Positions 27,266 through 38,064 of a DNA stretch of 64,000 nucleotides are shown piece by piece. Both the position numbers and the translations under genes were made by a program. Location: the NCBI GenBank assembly GCA_031400935.1, contig JANNQV010000062.1, forward strand, positions 1 through 64,000, written 5' to 3'. Positions within the stretch are counted from its first letter, which is position 1, and each line of letters starts with the position of its first letter. This DNA is from Armatimonadota bacterium. GTDB taxonomy: Bacteria > Armatimonadota > Fimbriimonadia > Fimbriimonadales > Fimbriimonadaceae. Below the pieces are notes generated by a model. It did no database searches. It had not been told where the DNA came from and saw nothing but the letters and a program-made list of their open reading frames with translations.

Positions 27266-28699
27266 TTAATCGAGAGCGCTAGGCCATTCTTGAAATGCTG
27301 CGCCTGCCCTCTCAATCTTTTCCCTTTTCCTTTGTCCTTTGTCTCTAATCAACGGCTCTGGATCAGGAAACAGCCCCCAATTGATATTCATCGGAGCGAA
27401 ATCCCGATCGGTCTGATCTTGCAAGTGCGATAGCAGCGAGCCGAACGCGGTTTCTCTAGGTGGCTGAGACCAAGTTTGCCCTTTCAATTTGGCAGCTATC
27501 ATCAGCCCCACATATTGCCCCATGGCGGCTGATTCTACATAACCTTCAACACCCGTCAATTGCCCGGCCAGAAACGCGTTGCCGCATGAGCTCAATTGCA
27601 AGCTTGGAGTTAAGCATTGAGGGGCATCAACAAAGGTATTTCGATGGATTACACCATAGCGAACGAACTCTGCATTTTGCAATCCAGGCACCATTTGGAA
27701 GACTCGCTTTTGCTCCCCGAACCGAAGACGATTTTGGCAAGCCACAAGAGAATAGAGCGTCTTCTCTTTGTTTTCCGGCCTTAATTGCAACGCCGCATAA
27801 GGTCTTCGACCGGTACGTGGATCAGTAAGACCAACGGGCTTGAAATTGCCAAATGCCAGCGATTTTTGCCCTCGTTCGGCGATGACTTCGATGGGCATGC
27901 ATCCTGCGAAGTATTGGATGTTTTCGAGGAATGAATCCCTCTCCTTATCCGAGGTACGAGGATGAGGAGAGGGTAAGGGCGTGGAGTTTCGGTTCCCACC
28001 AGCTTCAAATGCATGAATGGGAGCCCTTTCCGCTGCTACTAGCGCCTCCACAAACGCATCGTATTCTTCCTTGTTAAACGGACAGTTGATGTAATCGTCG
28101 CCATCCCCTTTGTCATATCTCGACTGATGAAATACGATTGAGAAATCTATAGTTGAAGCATCCACGGTTGGACTTACTGCATCGTAAAAATAAAGGTGTC
28201 CTCTTCCAGTTTTGCTAGCAATCCAGTCCGACAGCTCTGGAGTAGTTAGCGGGCCTGTAGCGAGGACCAGATGTGAAGTGGTTGATTGGGGTGAATTGGG
28301 TGAGGCAAATGAATCCGCCATTTCCGCAGTAAACACCTCGTCAAACACTTCAATCAGCGGGTGTTCACGAATCTTTCGCGTTATCGCCTCGCCAAACTTG
28401 TCTCGATCCACTCCCAATGCCTGCCCTGCCGAAACCTCATGTTCAAACGCAGTTTCAAGGACGATTGAACCGAGAGCCATCATTTCCGCCTTCAATTGTC
28501 CTGCTGGAGATTCGGGAGATTTGCTTTTGAGAGAATTCGAACAGACTAATTCTGCAAAATGCCCGGTGGTATGGGCAGGCGTCGTTTCCTTCGGGCGCAT
28601 CTCGTATAGCCGAACTCGAATTCCTCGCTGAGCGAGAGCCCAAGCGGCTTCAACTCCCGCAAATCCAGCTCCTACAACTGTAACTGTTGGAGATTCCAC
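27266..28699 (-). CDS. trmFO: Methylenetetrahydrofolate-tRNA-(uracil-5-)-methyltransferase
   Basis: GAGFAGVEAA, AELVCSNS, ATGPLT, YGVIHRNT and AGQLTGVEGYVESAA motifs. Confidence 0.96.
   Translation of the reverse strand: MESPTVTVVGAGFAGVEAAWALAQRGIRVRLYEMRPKETTPAHTTGHFAELVCSNSLKSKSPESPAGQLKAEMMALGSIVLETAFEHEVSAGQALGVDRDKFGEAITRKIREHPLIEVFDEVFTAEMADSFASPNSPQSTTSHLVLATGPLTTPELSDWIASKTGRGHLYFYDAVSPTVDASTIDFSIVFHQSRYDKGDGDDYINCPFNKEEYDAFVEALVAAERAPIHAFEAGGNRNSTPLPSPHPRTSDKERDSFLENIQYFAGCMPIEVIAERGQKSLAFGNFKPVGLTDPRTGRRPYAALQLRPENKEKTLYSLVACQNRLRFGEQKRVFQMVPGLQNAEFVRYGVIHRNTFVDAPQCLTPSLQLSSCGNAFLAGQLTGVEGYVESAAMGQYVGLMIAAKLKGQTWSQPPRETAFGSLLSHLQDQTDRDFAPMNINWGLFPDPEPLIRDKGQRKREKIERAGAAFQEWPSALD
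27937..27973. repeat. REP-like hairpin inserted in-frame inside trmFO
   Basis: CCCTCTCCTTATCC-GAGGTACGA-GGATGAGGAGAGGG; homologous to the intergenic hairpin at 11857-11897. Confidence 0.8.
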
Positions 28700-29775
28700 T
28701 ACGCCGAGCCTTGTAAATTCCGGACAATCGCATCGCCCATTTCTGAAGTGCTGCAGAGCCTAGTATCGGAAGTAAAAATGTCTGCGGTTCGGAATCCTTG
28801 ATCTAGAGTTTTTGAAACTGCGCTTTCGATTCGTAGCGCAATTTCGGATTCGCCAAAGGTGTACTGAAACATCATTGCAACGCTCAAAACAGTTGCGATT
28901 GGATTGGCCTTGTTCTGTCCGGCAATGTCGGGCGCCGAGCCGTGAATGGGTTCATAGAGTCCGAAAAGACGGCCATCTTTCGGGTCGCTGAGGGACGCTG
29001 ATGGTAACAGGCCAAGAGAGCCTGTAATCATCGCGGATTCATCGCTGAGGATGTCGCCGAACATATTCTCAGTAAGGATTACGTCGAATTGTTGCGGGTC
29101 GCGAACGAGCTGCATGGCACAATTGTCAACTAGCATATTTGTAATTTGTATGTCGGGGTTTTTGGCTCCAATTTCTGCCACGACTTCTCTCCACAGCCTG
29201 GAGGTTTCTAAGACGTTCGCCTTGTCCACACTCACGATTTCGTGCTTTCGCGTTCGGGCAATCGCAATTGCTTGAAGTGTGATTCTTTCGACCTCATGAC
29301 GATGGTAAACGCAAGTGTCAATAGCTGTGTTTCCGTCATTTTTCCTTTCACGGGGCTGTCCAAAGTAGATTCCGCCAGTGAGTTCACGCACAACTACCAT
29401 ATCAACCAGACCTCGCTCACCTTTAAGGGGCGATGCCGCCAACAGAGCAGGGAAGGTCTTGGCAGGGCGGACGTTGGCATACAGATTCAGCTCACCTCTC
29501 AGAGGCAAAAGTGCGCCGACTTCAGGCCTTAGCCTAGGATCCACATGATCCCATTTCGGCCCGCCGACGGCACCCAACAAAACAGCACCAGAGTCTTTGC
29601 AAAGCTGCAATGTTGACTCAGGGAGGGGCGTTCCGCAATCATCGTAGGCAGCACCTCCAATAAGGGCCTCCTCGCATACTGCATCCGGCATACAGGCTCT
29701 AATGACCTTAACGGCTTCTGAAACGACTTCAGGGCCGATCCCGTCTCCCGGCAAAACTGCGATCTTCAAGGGCAT
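28699..29775 (-). CDS. leuB: 3-isopropylmalate dehydrogenase
   Basis: [29 protein letters not shown] and [12 protein letters not shown] motifs; TATACT lies 7 nt before the ATG at 29775. Confidence 0.97.
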   Translation of the reverse strand: MPLKIAVLPGDGIGPEVVSEAVKVIRACMPDAVCEEALIGGAAYDDCGTPLPESTLQLCKDSGAVLLGAVGGPKWDHVDPRLRPEVGALLPLRGELNLYANVRPAKTFPALLAASPLKGERGLVDMVVVRELTGGIYFGQPRERKNDGNTAIDTCVYHRHEVERITLQAIAIARTRKHEIVSVDKANVLETSRLWREVVAEIGAKNPDIQITNMLVDNCAMQLVRDPQQFDVILTENMFGDILSDESAMITGSLGLLPSASLSDPKDGRLFGLYEPIHGSAPDIAGQNKANPIATVLSVAMMFQYTFGESEIALRIESAVSKTLDQGFRTADIFTSDTRLCSTSEMGDAIVRNLQGSA

Positions 29776-30005
29776 GGAGGGAAGTATATCGGGTTGAGGC
29801 TCGTTCGGATTGGAAAGGGTTGTCTTGTTGGACACATGAGGAGAATTTGTCAAGTTTGACTCCTGCTCTTCATCATTCCAACTTGCCTAGCAGGTCCGAC
29901 CAGTCAGGCGCTGAAACCCGAACAAGGACAGCTAATTCAGAAAAATGTAACTTTTTTCAAAAAAAGTATGTTGTTCCAATAAACTTGCGCTATCATATGT
30001 TTATT

Positions 30006-31207
<1,202 letters not shown>

Positions 31208-31222
31208 AATTAGGAGATAAAA

Positions 31223-32266
31223 ATGAAGGATTGTTCAACTATTCTCGCTCGAAGCTTTGCAGTATTTGCCCAACTTCTCCTAGTTGTGGGAATAGCTGCT
31301 CCGCAAGTCAATCGGCAAGCATTTATCAACGTAGCCAGATCGGACGCAAGGAAATTTGGTATAGAGATACCTGTCAGTGAGATACCGTCATTTGCAGATG
31401 CAGGCGGACCTCGGCGACAGAATCTCAATAGTCATATGATAGCGTTTAAGGACGCCATTCTGAGTTACTACGTATCGGGCAAACTTGCTCAATTTACAAA
31501 TCGTAAGGCAGTTAGTCAATACTCTTCATACGCTAGTGACGCCGTCACGACGCTTGAACAGGCGCGAGGTGTTTTCGAGCACGCGGCCGTGCAATTCCTA
31601 GATCCGCGACCTTATAGGCTGGAGCGGTCGGAAACAATTTCGTCCGGAATCGGATATCCAGGGCCAGTATTTAGGTTGCAATTTAGGGACCTACACAATG
31701 GATACGAAGCTCTTGGTGGCGAATATGTCTACTGCTTGGTGACAAAACGAAGTGGAGAAGTGCTTGAGTATAGGGCAACTGAAGATTGGTCGTATGAAGT
31801 GCCAAACATTAGAATCACTCAGTCGCAAGCAACTGCAACTGCCCATCAGACACACGCAGGTCCACCAAGAACCTGGAATACCCGTCTTGCATATATCTAT
31901 GACCCTGACACATTAACAGCTTCGGCACTCGCCTCATTGAGTAGGCAACGTAAACTACGGCTATGTTATGTTCTCGGACGACGCGAAGAGGTTGTGATTG
32001 TCGATTCGGTAACTGGTGAGGTGGTAAGCGAGGGTTATTCAGGTTCTAATGGAAGTTCAAAAACAACTGACAAAATGACCTCTTCATCAGGTTCTGGTGC
32101 TGCTCCAATTGCCGATAAGACGGATCGTGAAACGACTCCATTGGTGCCCTCGCGGCCATTTGAAAAATCTGAAAATACGAATTTGATCGTTATATATTTG
32201 ATTCTTGGAACAGCTATCGTAGGTTCCTTAATCTGCCTAATCATACATAGATCGAAGTCTATGTAA
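31223..32266 (+). CDS. Exported protein with PepSY-like segment and C-terminal TM anchor
   Basis: AGGAG RBS; signal-like N-terminus; IVDSVTGEVV; C-terminal hydrophobic helix followed by HRSK. Confidence 0.8.
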   Translation: MKDCSTILARSFAVFAQLLLVVGIAAPQVNRQAFINVARSDARKFGIEIPVSEIPSFADAGGPRRQNLNSHMIAFKDAILSYYVSGKLAQFTNRKAVSQYSSYASDAVTTLEQARGVFEHAAVQFLDPRPYRLERSETISSGIGYPGPVFRLQFRDLHNGYEALGGEYVYCLVTKRSGEVLEYRATEDWSYEVPNIRITQSQATATAHQTHAGPPRTWNTRLAYIYDPDTLTASALASLSRQRKLRLCYVLGRREEVVIVDSVTGEVVSEGYSGSNGSSKTTDKMTSSSGSGAAPIADKTDRETTPLVPSRPFEKSENTNLIVIYLILGTAIVGSLICLIIHRSKSM

Positions 32267-32398
32267 GATTACGACACGTATTGATTATCATTTGGACATT
32301 GACACGCTAGTGCGAAGTGCCATAGACTGCCAGTCCAACGCACTCAATCACACACCTCAAAAATAGGTGCAAATACACACGATCAAAAAATCAAGAAA

Positions 32399-32824
32399 TT
32401 AATTGCTAAAGAAGCTATTGGAATACCGAGGCGAGATGGTTCCATCGCCCATTTCGACTTCAACAAATGCACTTGAAGGTGCCACGAGATAGATGTGATC
32501 GCCGATTTCTTCCCAATTCGCTTCTTGGGCAAAGGCAACGCCAGCCATGAAGTCCACAATTTTCTGCCGAAGCACCGGATCGGTGTAGGTTAGATTCAGC
32601 ACTTGCTGATCACCTCGCTTGAGCCCATTTGCCGCCGCGTAAGCATCGTCGAACGACGAAATCTCACGCCGAACCGTAACGCTATAGCGATATGCCGTGC
32701 GAATTTGATAGACAGAGTTGGTTCCGGCTTCGCCAGATTCGGCGTTAGCCACGGAATTGCGGCCAAACAGGCCGGATAGCTTAGATAATAATCCAGGACG
32801 ATCCTGGAGTTCGAGTTCTTCCAT
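32399..32824 (-). CDS. sepF: Cell division protein SepF
   Basis: SFDDAYAAANGLK...QVLNL...KIVDFMAGVAF...IYLVAP pattern. Confidence 0.85.
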   Translation of the reverse strand: MEELELQDRPGLLSKLSGLFGRNSVANAESGEAGTNSVYQIRTAYRYSVTVRREISSFDDAYAAANGLKRGDQQVLNLTYTDPVLRQKIVDFMAGVAFAQEANWEEIGDHIYLVAPSSAFVEVEMGDGTISPRYSNSFFSN

Positions 32825-32990
32825 GATTTCGATCTCCTTGTTTCCCCGCTCTTGCGAGCGTCAAATTTTCTGAAATTAAGCGATTCCATCCTAGAATGCA
32901 CTTGATTTCGATTCGATCCTCACTCTACCGCAAAATTGCTGGCTAAAGCGAGTCTGCCCTATTCTGGCAATCGTACAGACGGTGGGGGAA

Positions 32991-33039
32991 GGGTATAGGG
33001 TTCAGGGTATAGGGTGTGGGGTTTAGGGTTTAGGGTTGC
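32991..33039 (+). repeat. Telomere-like heptamer array (GGGTTTA-type) x7
   Basis: GGGTATA GGGTTCA GGGTATA GGGTGTG GGGTTTA GGGTTTA GGGTTGC. Confidence 0.9.
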
Positions 33040-33135
33040 TCTGTCGCAAGTGGTTGGCAGGTGGTCGGCACGTTGTAGGAAACAAGCGTTTTTCCGCATT
33101 CCGTCCTACGCTCTTTCTCGGATCACAATCACCGT

Positions 33136-33201
33136 AACACCCTATCACCTTAACACCCTTTTACCCAATTACCCAACGACCCAACGACCCAATACCCTTC
33201 C
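33136..33201. repeat. Degenerate 8-mer array (CCCAACGA-like)
   Basis: ...TACCCAAT TACCCAAC GACCCAAC GACCCAAT ACCC, abutting the dinB stop. Confidence 0.7.
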
Positions 33202-33624
33202 CTACATCCCATAAATCGAGTAGTTGTTCCACTCGGGATCAATCGCAAGCCGAATCGAGCACATTTGACCAACATGGTAGGCGTCGTGAAGGATCATGAA
33301 GTCCGTTGCGAGGTGAATTTGCTTTGCCTCATCAACGGTTCCGATGGATTCGAGAGCCTTTGCTCGCTCCTCCTTCATTCCAGTTAGAGCGTCAGAAAGG
33401 CTCGATCCTGGAGCTTTGTACGATCCCCAATCAGGCTCTTCGCCAAGGACCGTCCTTTGAACGGCAACGTAGCAATCCGCAAGGTGGCAAGCGATTTGCC
33501 GAGGCGTCATCATTGCCACATGGGCTTGGAAGTCGGCATGATCTTCAGCGACGCCATCATAAACTCTTTCGAGCTGAAGGCCAGCATCTTTCATTTGAGT
33601 GTTAAGGATTTCGATTGTTTGCAT
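33202..33624 (-). CDS. DinB/YfiT-like metal-binding protein
   Basis: TPRQIACHL and HDAYHVGQ histidine triad pattern; TATTAT lies 6 nt before the ATG. Confidence 0.85.
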   Translation of the reverse strand: MQTIEILNTQMKDAGLQLERVYDGVAEDHADFQAHVAMMTPRQIACHLADCYVAVQRTVLGEEPDWGSYKAPGSSLSDALTGMKEERAKALESIGTVDEAKQIHLATDFMILHDAYHVGQMCSIRLAIDPEWNNYSIYGM

Positions 33625-33678
33625 GGTGAGATAATACGTAATTATTGCAAGGATCTGTTCTGATTTGAACGATTTTTG

Positions 33679-33777
33679 TCGGTTATCGGTTTTCGGTTGT
33701 CAGTTAAAGTTGGTCAGAATTTGAAGTCAGGGACCCAAACCCCAAACCCTAAACCCTAAACCCTAAACCCTATCCCT
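33679..33777. repeat. Heptamer arrays: CGGTTNT-type, then (AAACCCT)n in inverted orientation to 32991-33039
   Basis: CGGTTAT CGGTTTT CGGTTGT CAGTTAA; then AAACCCC AAACCCT AAACCCT AAACCCT AAACCCT. Confidence 0.9.
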
Positions 33778-36139
33778 TCTCAGGCGGAGTTGGCTTCACT
33801 GCATCTGGCTGCGACACGCCTCGAGGCTCAAATTTGCCAGGATAGAACAGAATGGAATCTATCGCCAAATCCGTTCCCGGTCTTGGAAAAACTCGAACTT
33901 GAATTCTTGAGATCGCTCCCCCGAGCCTCGTTGTTCCCAATTTGTACCATCCAAAACCATTGCCATAGTGCGAAATCGGTTCGCCCGTGACTTTTAGAAG
34001 TTGGCTTCCCACAATAAGGTTTACGTCTCCTCGATTCTCCCTTGGAATTCGGGCTGCAACCCAAACTTCCAGTTCTTCGTTGCTTCGCGACATGAAAGAA
34101 TATTCCGCGAAGTAGTCAGAAACTGCATCGCTTAGAACAGTTCGAAGAAAGAGCGCCGATCCGCCGCTGCAACTGGGAATCGCAACTGGCTCGCTAAATG
34201 TCGTCTCTTTGAAATTCTCCGCTTCGACCCACATAAACCGCGCCAAGCGGGCGTTCGCTTTCGAATACGCCGTTACCATTTCAGAATAGCTCCCACCGGG
34301 ATTTCGGTCAAATCCAGCATACGCATTTCGAAACAGATAGAGGTCTTCAGAAACATCAATTCGAGACTTTTCAGCGCTTGTTTCAATGGCGACAAGCCGA
34401 AGAAGTAACTCGTCAACTGCGACTTGAGGAACCGGAATCTCATCTGATCCGCTTATGATCACAGGAAAATCTCCGATTGTCACATCGAGTTTGCCTTTTG
34501 AAAGGCGCGGTTCTGGATCGAGCCATGGGCAGTAGAACTTGAGTTTGTCTGGGGTAGCCACCATTAGTCGAACCCTTTGAGGTCCCACAGTTGACCAAAT
34601 GGCCGTTGTTTGGCCAAGCGGAGAAACTAGCCTGTAGCCAATAAACTTTGAGCCGAAGTCAATCCGATTTCCCGGATCTGGCGTTGGTAACCAAATCACA
34701 TTGTTCGGCAATCGTTGAATATGGGCTGGATTCAAGGCGTTTTCAGGAAAGAACAATCGACCCGGGGAAAATCGGCTTAGAGCAGTGTCTGATCCTCTTC
34801 GAGCACTCTCTTGCGCTATCTGGGTGCGTGTGGCAGAACTGTCAGTCCGAAAGAACTGGGCTCGTATTCCAAGTGTCGAAAGATCATCGGCAATGGCTGT
34901 AATGTTTCCTGTGCCTTCATCGCCATCTAACGCGATTCTGGTTGCAAGTAGCCATCCAGGACGATTCCATCTGAAAACGGAACTCGCGCATCGTCCAGCA
35001 GCCTCCGAGATAGAAGTAAACGAGGCGCCTTCGGTTTTTGCCCCCAAGCCGTCCACTTCAGGATTGCTTTGCTCATAAGTTGGCAACCAGCCGTTCCATT
35101 CTTGAATAACTGGAACATCGCAAACTTTTTTGACCCCGGCCACTAGCCGTTTGAATCGCCTTGCTTCAGCCGTAGAAATTACGGCCCGGATGTCATTCCA
35201 AATCGCAGATCGCTTAGATTCGCAATTCAGAAGTGCGTTTGTGCTGGGGTCCCATAGCAATGAAAGTCCTTTTGCTCCAGACCATAGTGGAACCAATTTT
35301 GCCAAATTAGAAAAGGACTCTATGTTTGAAACTGCCATGGACCAAGCTCGTTGAACCGTTTGGATGTTTCGATATTTAGTTTCTAGGAAAGCCGCAAATT
35401 CAACTTGAAATCTAGCAGATTGAGGAACAAAAAGCCGTTCTGACGTCTGCGGAATCATGTTCCCAAGCGGATTGACAATACCTCGGAAGTTTGGCCCAGG
35501 ATTGCTTCTCTTTAGGGCGCTCAGAAGCGTGTCTCGATGAGCATCCATCATTTCCCAACTATCCGCTAGTCCAATACTTGTGGCTTCTGGGTAAATCAGC
35601 AATACATGCTCGAGTCCGTTTTGAACATCAACGTCCAGATGTAGTCGGCCCTCCTTTGGAATAACTCGCTTCGACATCGAAACCGAGCTGTCTCGTTTGA
35701 GAGCAAGCACCACAAGCGCCGATTCTGCACCTGGAATCGTGAGGTCAACCGATCGCTTTTCTGTGATTCTATCAATTCGGTAGCTTTGCGGTTCAATGCT
35801 ATAACCCGAAGGTGCAGGTGCTAACGAATCAATAGCAATCAAATATCTCATGCTTCGAGATTCTAGGGTTGAGATTGCGTCTGACCATCCCATTCCATTA
35901 GCTGGGAGGTCCACAATTACATCAGTAATTCCAAGCGCCGAAGCAGCCAAGATGGACTCTTTTGAACCAGAAAGCCTCAGTCCGTAAGGAACATAAGGTT
36001 GACCGTTCCAGATGAGAGCGTGGTGCTCGTTGATGCTCCACGAAATGGTGGTTGTTCCGGTTTTGTAACTACCGCTACCGTTTTGCGCCGAAGCCGACAC
36101 AACAGAGATACAGAAAAGAAATGCTAGGGTATGCCGCAC
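33770..36139 (-). CDS. Large secreted hypothetical protein (possibly glycoside-hydrolase-like)
   Basis: Signal peptide ending ASA-Q; WNGQPYVPYG and FAAFLETKYRNI...AW segments recall GH42-like TIM barrels (weak). Confidence 0.75.
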   Translation of the reverse strand: MRHTLAFLFCISVVSASAQNGSGSYKTGTTTISWSINEHHALIWNGQPYVPYGLRLSGSKESILAASALGITDVIVDLPANGMGWSDAISTLESRSMRYLIAIDSLAPAPSGYSIEPQSYRIDRITEKRSVDLTIPGAESALVVLALKRDSSVSMSKRVIPKEGRLHLDVDVQNGLEHVLLIYPEATSIGLADSWEMMDAHRDTLLSALKRSNPGPNFRGIVNPLGNMIPQTSERLFVPQSARFQVEFAAFLETKYRNIQTVQRAWSMAVSNIESFSNLAKLVPLWSGAKGLSLLWDPSTNALLNCESKRSAIWNDIRAVISTAEARRFKRLVAGVKKVCDVPVIQEWNGWLPTYEQSNPEVDGLGAKTEGASFTSISEAAGRCASSVFRWNRPGWLLATRIALDGDEGTGNITAIADDLSTLGIRAQFFRTDSSATRTQIAQESARRGSDTALSRFSPGRLFFPENALNPAHIQRLPNNVIWLPTPDPGNRIDFGSKFIGYRLVSPLGQTTAIWSTVGPQRVRLMVATPDKLKFYCPWLDPEPRLSKGKLDVTIGDFPVIISGSDEIPVPQVAVDELLLRLVAIETSAEKSRIDVSEDLYLFRNAYAGFDRNPGGSYSEMVTAYSKANARLARFMWVEAENFKETTFSEPVAIPSCSGGSALFLRTVLSDAVSDYFAEYSFMSRSNEELEVWVAARIPRENRGDVNLIVGSQLLKVTGEPISHYGNGFGWYKLGTTRLGGAISRIQVRVFPRPGTDLAIDSILFYPGKFEPRGVSQPDAVKPTPPEKG

Positions 36140-36237
36140 GATGTTCAGACTACCTGAGGGGAGCGTTGAGTTCGGTGACTTACCGACAGACGTTCGACAT
36201 TTGCGATACCCATCTGCTTGCCAATGGATGCAATTCC

Positions 36238-36348
36238 TTAGCCGTCGGTTCCAGTTTTCTTCGAATTCCGCGTTCGAAACTTACCGCGTTTCTTTGAGTG
36301 TGAGAGTTTGACTTTCAGCTTGGTCTTGCTGGGCGACTTTTTAGACAT
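36238..36348 (-). CDS. Small basic protein, 36 aa (below the ORF-track cutoff)
   Basis: MSKKSPSKTKLKVKLSHSKKRGKFRTRNSKKTGTDG; TATCTT lies 6 nt before the ATG, matching the local leaderless pattern. Confidence 0.65.
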   Translation of the reverse strand: MSKKSPSKTKLKVKLSHSKKRGKFRTRNSKKTGTDG

Positions 36349-36429
36349 GGGTACAAGATACCTTTTTGAAAGTCAAGCTGGTTGTTTTCAATACGGCGGA
36401 TGTTATGCTTTCAATTCTTCGTTGCTCGA

Positions 36430-37887
36430 TTATCGTTTCAAACTCTTCGAACGAATCATTGTGTTCCGTGCCGCTTCTTTATGAGCTTCGATTCCCATTT
36501 CCGGCGGTATTCCAGCTTCTTGCGGATATAAATAGTAGCCTCTTTCTTCAGGCTTCTTTAGTTCTTCTAAAGGAATCCTATGCGAGTTGGCGAAATCGTC
36601 TTGCCGAATCCCTGTTACAGTCCATGAAACCTTTGTACGGGGGGCACTGGTTCGCAGAACGAAATGATTGGCTTGGATTTCTCGAACGATTTTTGCTTGC
36701 ACGAAGTCATCACTATCCGATGTATCAATAATCGTGAGGGAATATCGAAAGTCACGATTTAGTGCATCAAACCAATCGGGCAATGCCACTGTCGCATAGC
36801 CCTTTAAATCCGTTGTGATGACTCCGTTGTAGATGTTCATCATGTCTGGCGACTCGACAAAAGAGTGATACAGGTATTTGTTTTCAGGATCAAGAGGATG
36901 GTCAATTTTGAATGATCCGCCACCCTTACTTAGGGTTCCGACCACTTGACAGTTTCCGTCAAAAAAGCCAGCGATTCCGGGAGAAATGGCTCTTCCATAT
37001 ACGCCCGTACCAGTGCCATCAGCCCTACCGTATACACCTCGGCCGGTAGTGGCAGAGGAGTATCCGATTACGGCGTAGCCACTTGTACTGTCGGTTGTTG
37101 CATAAAAGCCATCGCCTCTGTTGGTTGTACTCATCAATGCAGGGGCAAGAGCGATGAACCCAGACGATGCTTCGGCACCTCCAATAAATTTGCCTCCGGC
37201 TAGAGTTCCACTATTAACTTCCAATCGCCACGTGGGTAATTCCGTACCAATTCCAACTTGTCCAGTGGTTGTTACAGTAACAACGTCCAACGAGCCTTGG
37301 TGCAGCTTCCATTTGTTAGAATCTGCACCATCAACATAAGTGTAAGCGGCAATGCTACCACCTTGGGAATATCCGTAAAACGGTGAGCCCCCTGGGCTCG
37401 GGTTTACATACATTCCACCAAATCCAGCCGTCGGCTGACTCACAACGAAGCGAGCTGCCCCAATCGGAGTGGAAGTTCCGATCCCTATAAATGAACCACT
37501 ACTGAACATATTTGAACCTGAAACTTTTGGCAGCGAATTTGGGTCTGTTGCCAACTTCAAACTGCTGACCGTATTTGTCCCAATTGATGGATTCGGGTAA
37601 GTACCTGCAAGATCTCCTCCAGCCGCTCCATTTGGCGGAAAGCCTGTAGGGGCGCCTGTTATTGCTGCCCATGGCAAGCCCGTAATTTCGGCTCCGCTAC
37701 CGCCAAAGCTTGACGCAATCACTTTTCCGCTTACATTGATATGCCCAGATTGGCTTGTTCCTGGTGTTGTTGGCTGAAGGTTAACAAACGCCTTCGGTGC
37801 ACCGAATTGCGATTGGGCTGTTGTGGCAAGCAATGCACCCGTTCCAGCAGCGACGATGATAAATGACAATATGGAATTGCGACTCAT
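36430..37887 (-). CDS. Secreted Gly-rich fibre/adhesin-like protein
   Basis: Signal peptide; AGGDLAGTYPNP and VGIGT repeats; GVYG beta-helix repeats; C-terminal GGGSFKIDHPLDPENKYLYHSFVES module. Confidence 0.8.
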   Translation of the reverse strand: MSRNSILSFIIVAAGTGALLATTAQSQFGAPKAFVNLQPTTPGTSQSGHINVSGKVIASSFGGSGAEITGLPWAAITGAPTGFPPNGAAGGDLAGTYPNPSIGTNTVSSLKLATDPNSLPKVSGSNMFSSGSFIGIGTSTPIGAARFVVSQPTAGFGGMYVNPSPGGSPFYGYSQGGSIAAYTYVDGADSNKWKLHQGSLDVVTVTTTGQVGIGTELPTWRLEVNSGTLAGGKFIGGAEASSGFIALAPALMSTTNRGDGFYATTDSTSGYAVIGYSSATTGRGVYGRADGTGTGVYGRAISPGIAGFFDGNCQVVGTLSKGGGSFKIDHPLDPENKYLYHSFVESPDMMNIYNGVITTDLKGYATVALPDWFDALNRDFRYSLTIIDTSDSDDFVQAKIVREIQANHFVLRTSAPRTKVSWTVTGIRQDDFANSHRIPLEELKKPEERGYYLYPQEAGIPPEMGIEAHKEAARNTMIRSKSLKR

Positions 37888-38064
37888 GGTGGATACTCCC
37901 TTGAAAAGTTGAGGACTCTATTATATGGTTTCTCAAGACAAATACGCTGAAATGAAACAACAACTGGAGAAATTGCTGGGATGTAAGGAACTGGATATGC
38001 GTGAATGCAAGGATGCGATGTTTCTCCGGCACCAGCATTCCGCTTCGTCAGAGTACAATTTGCT

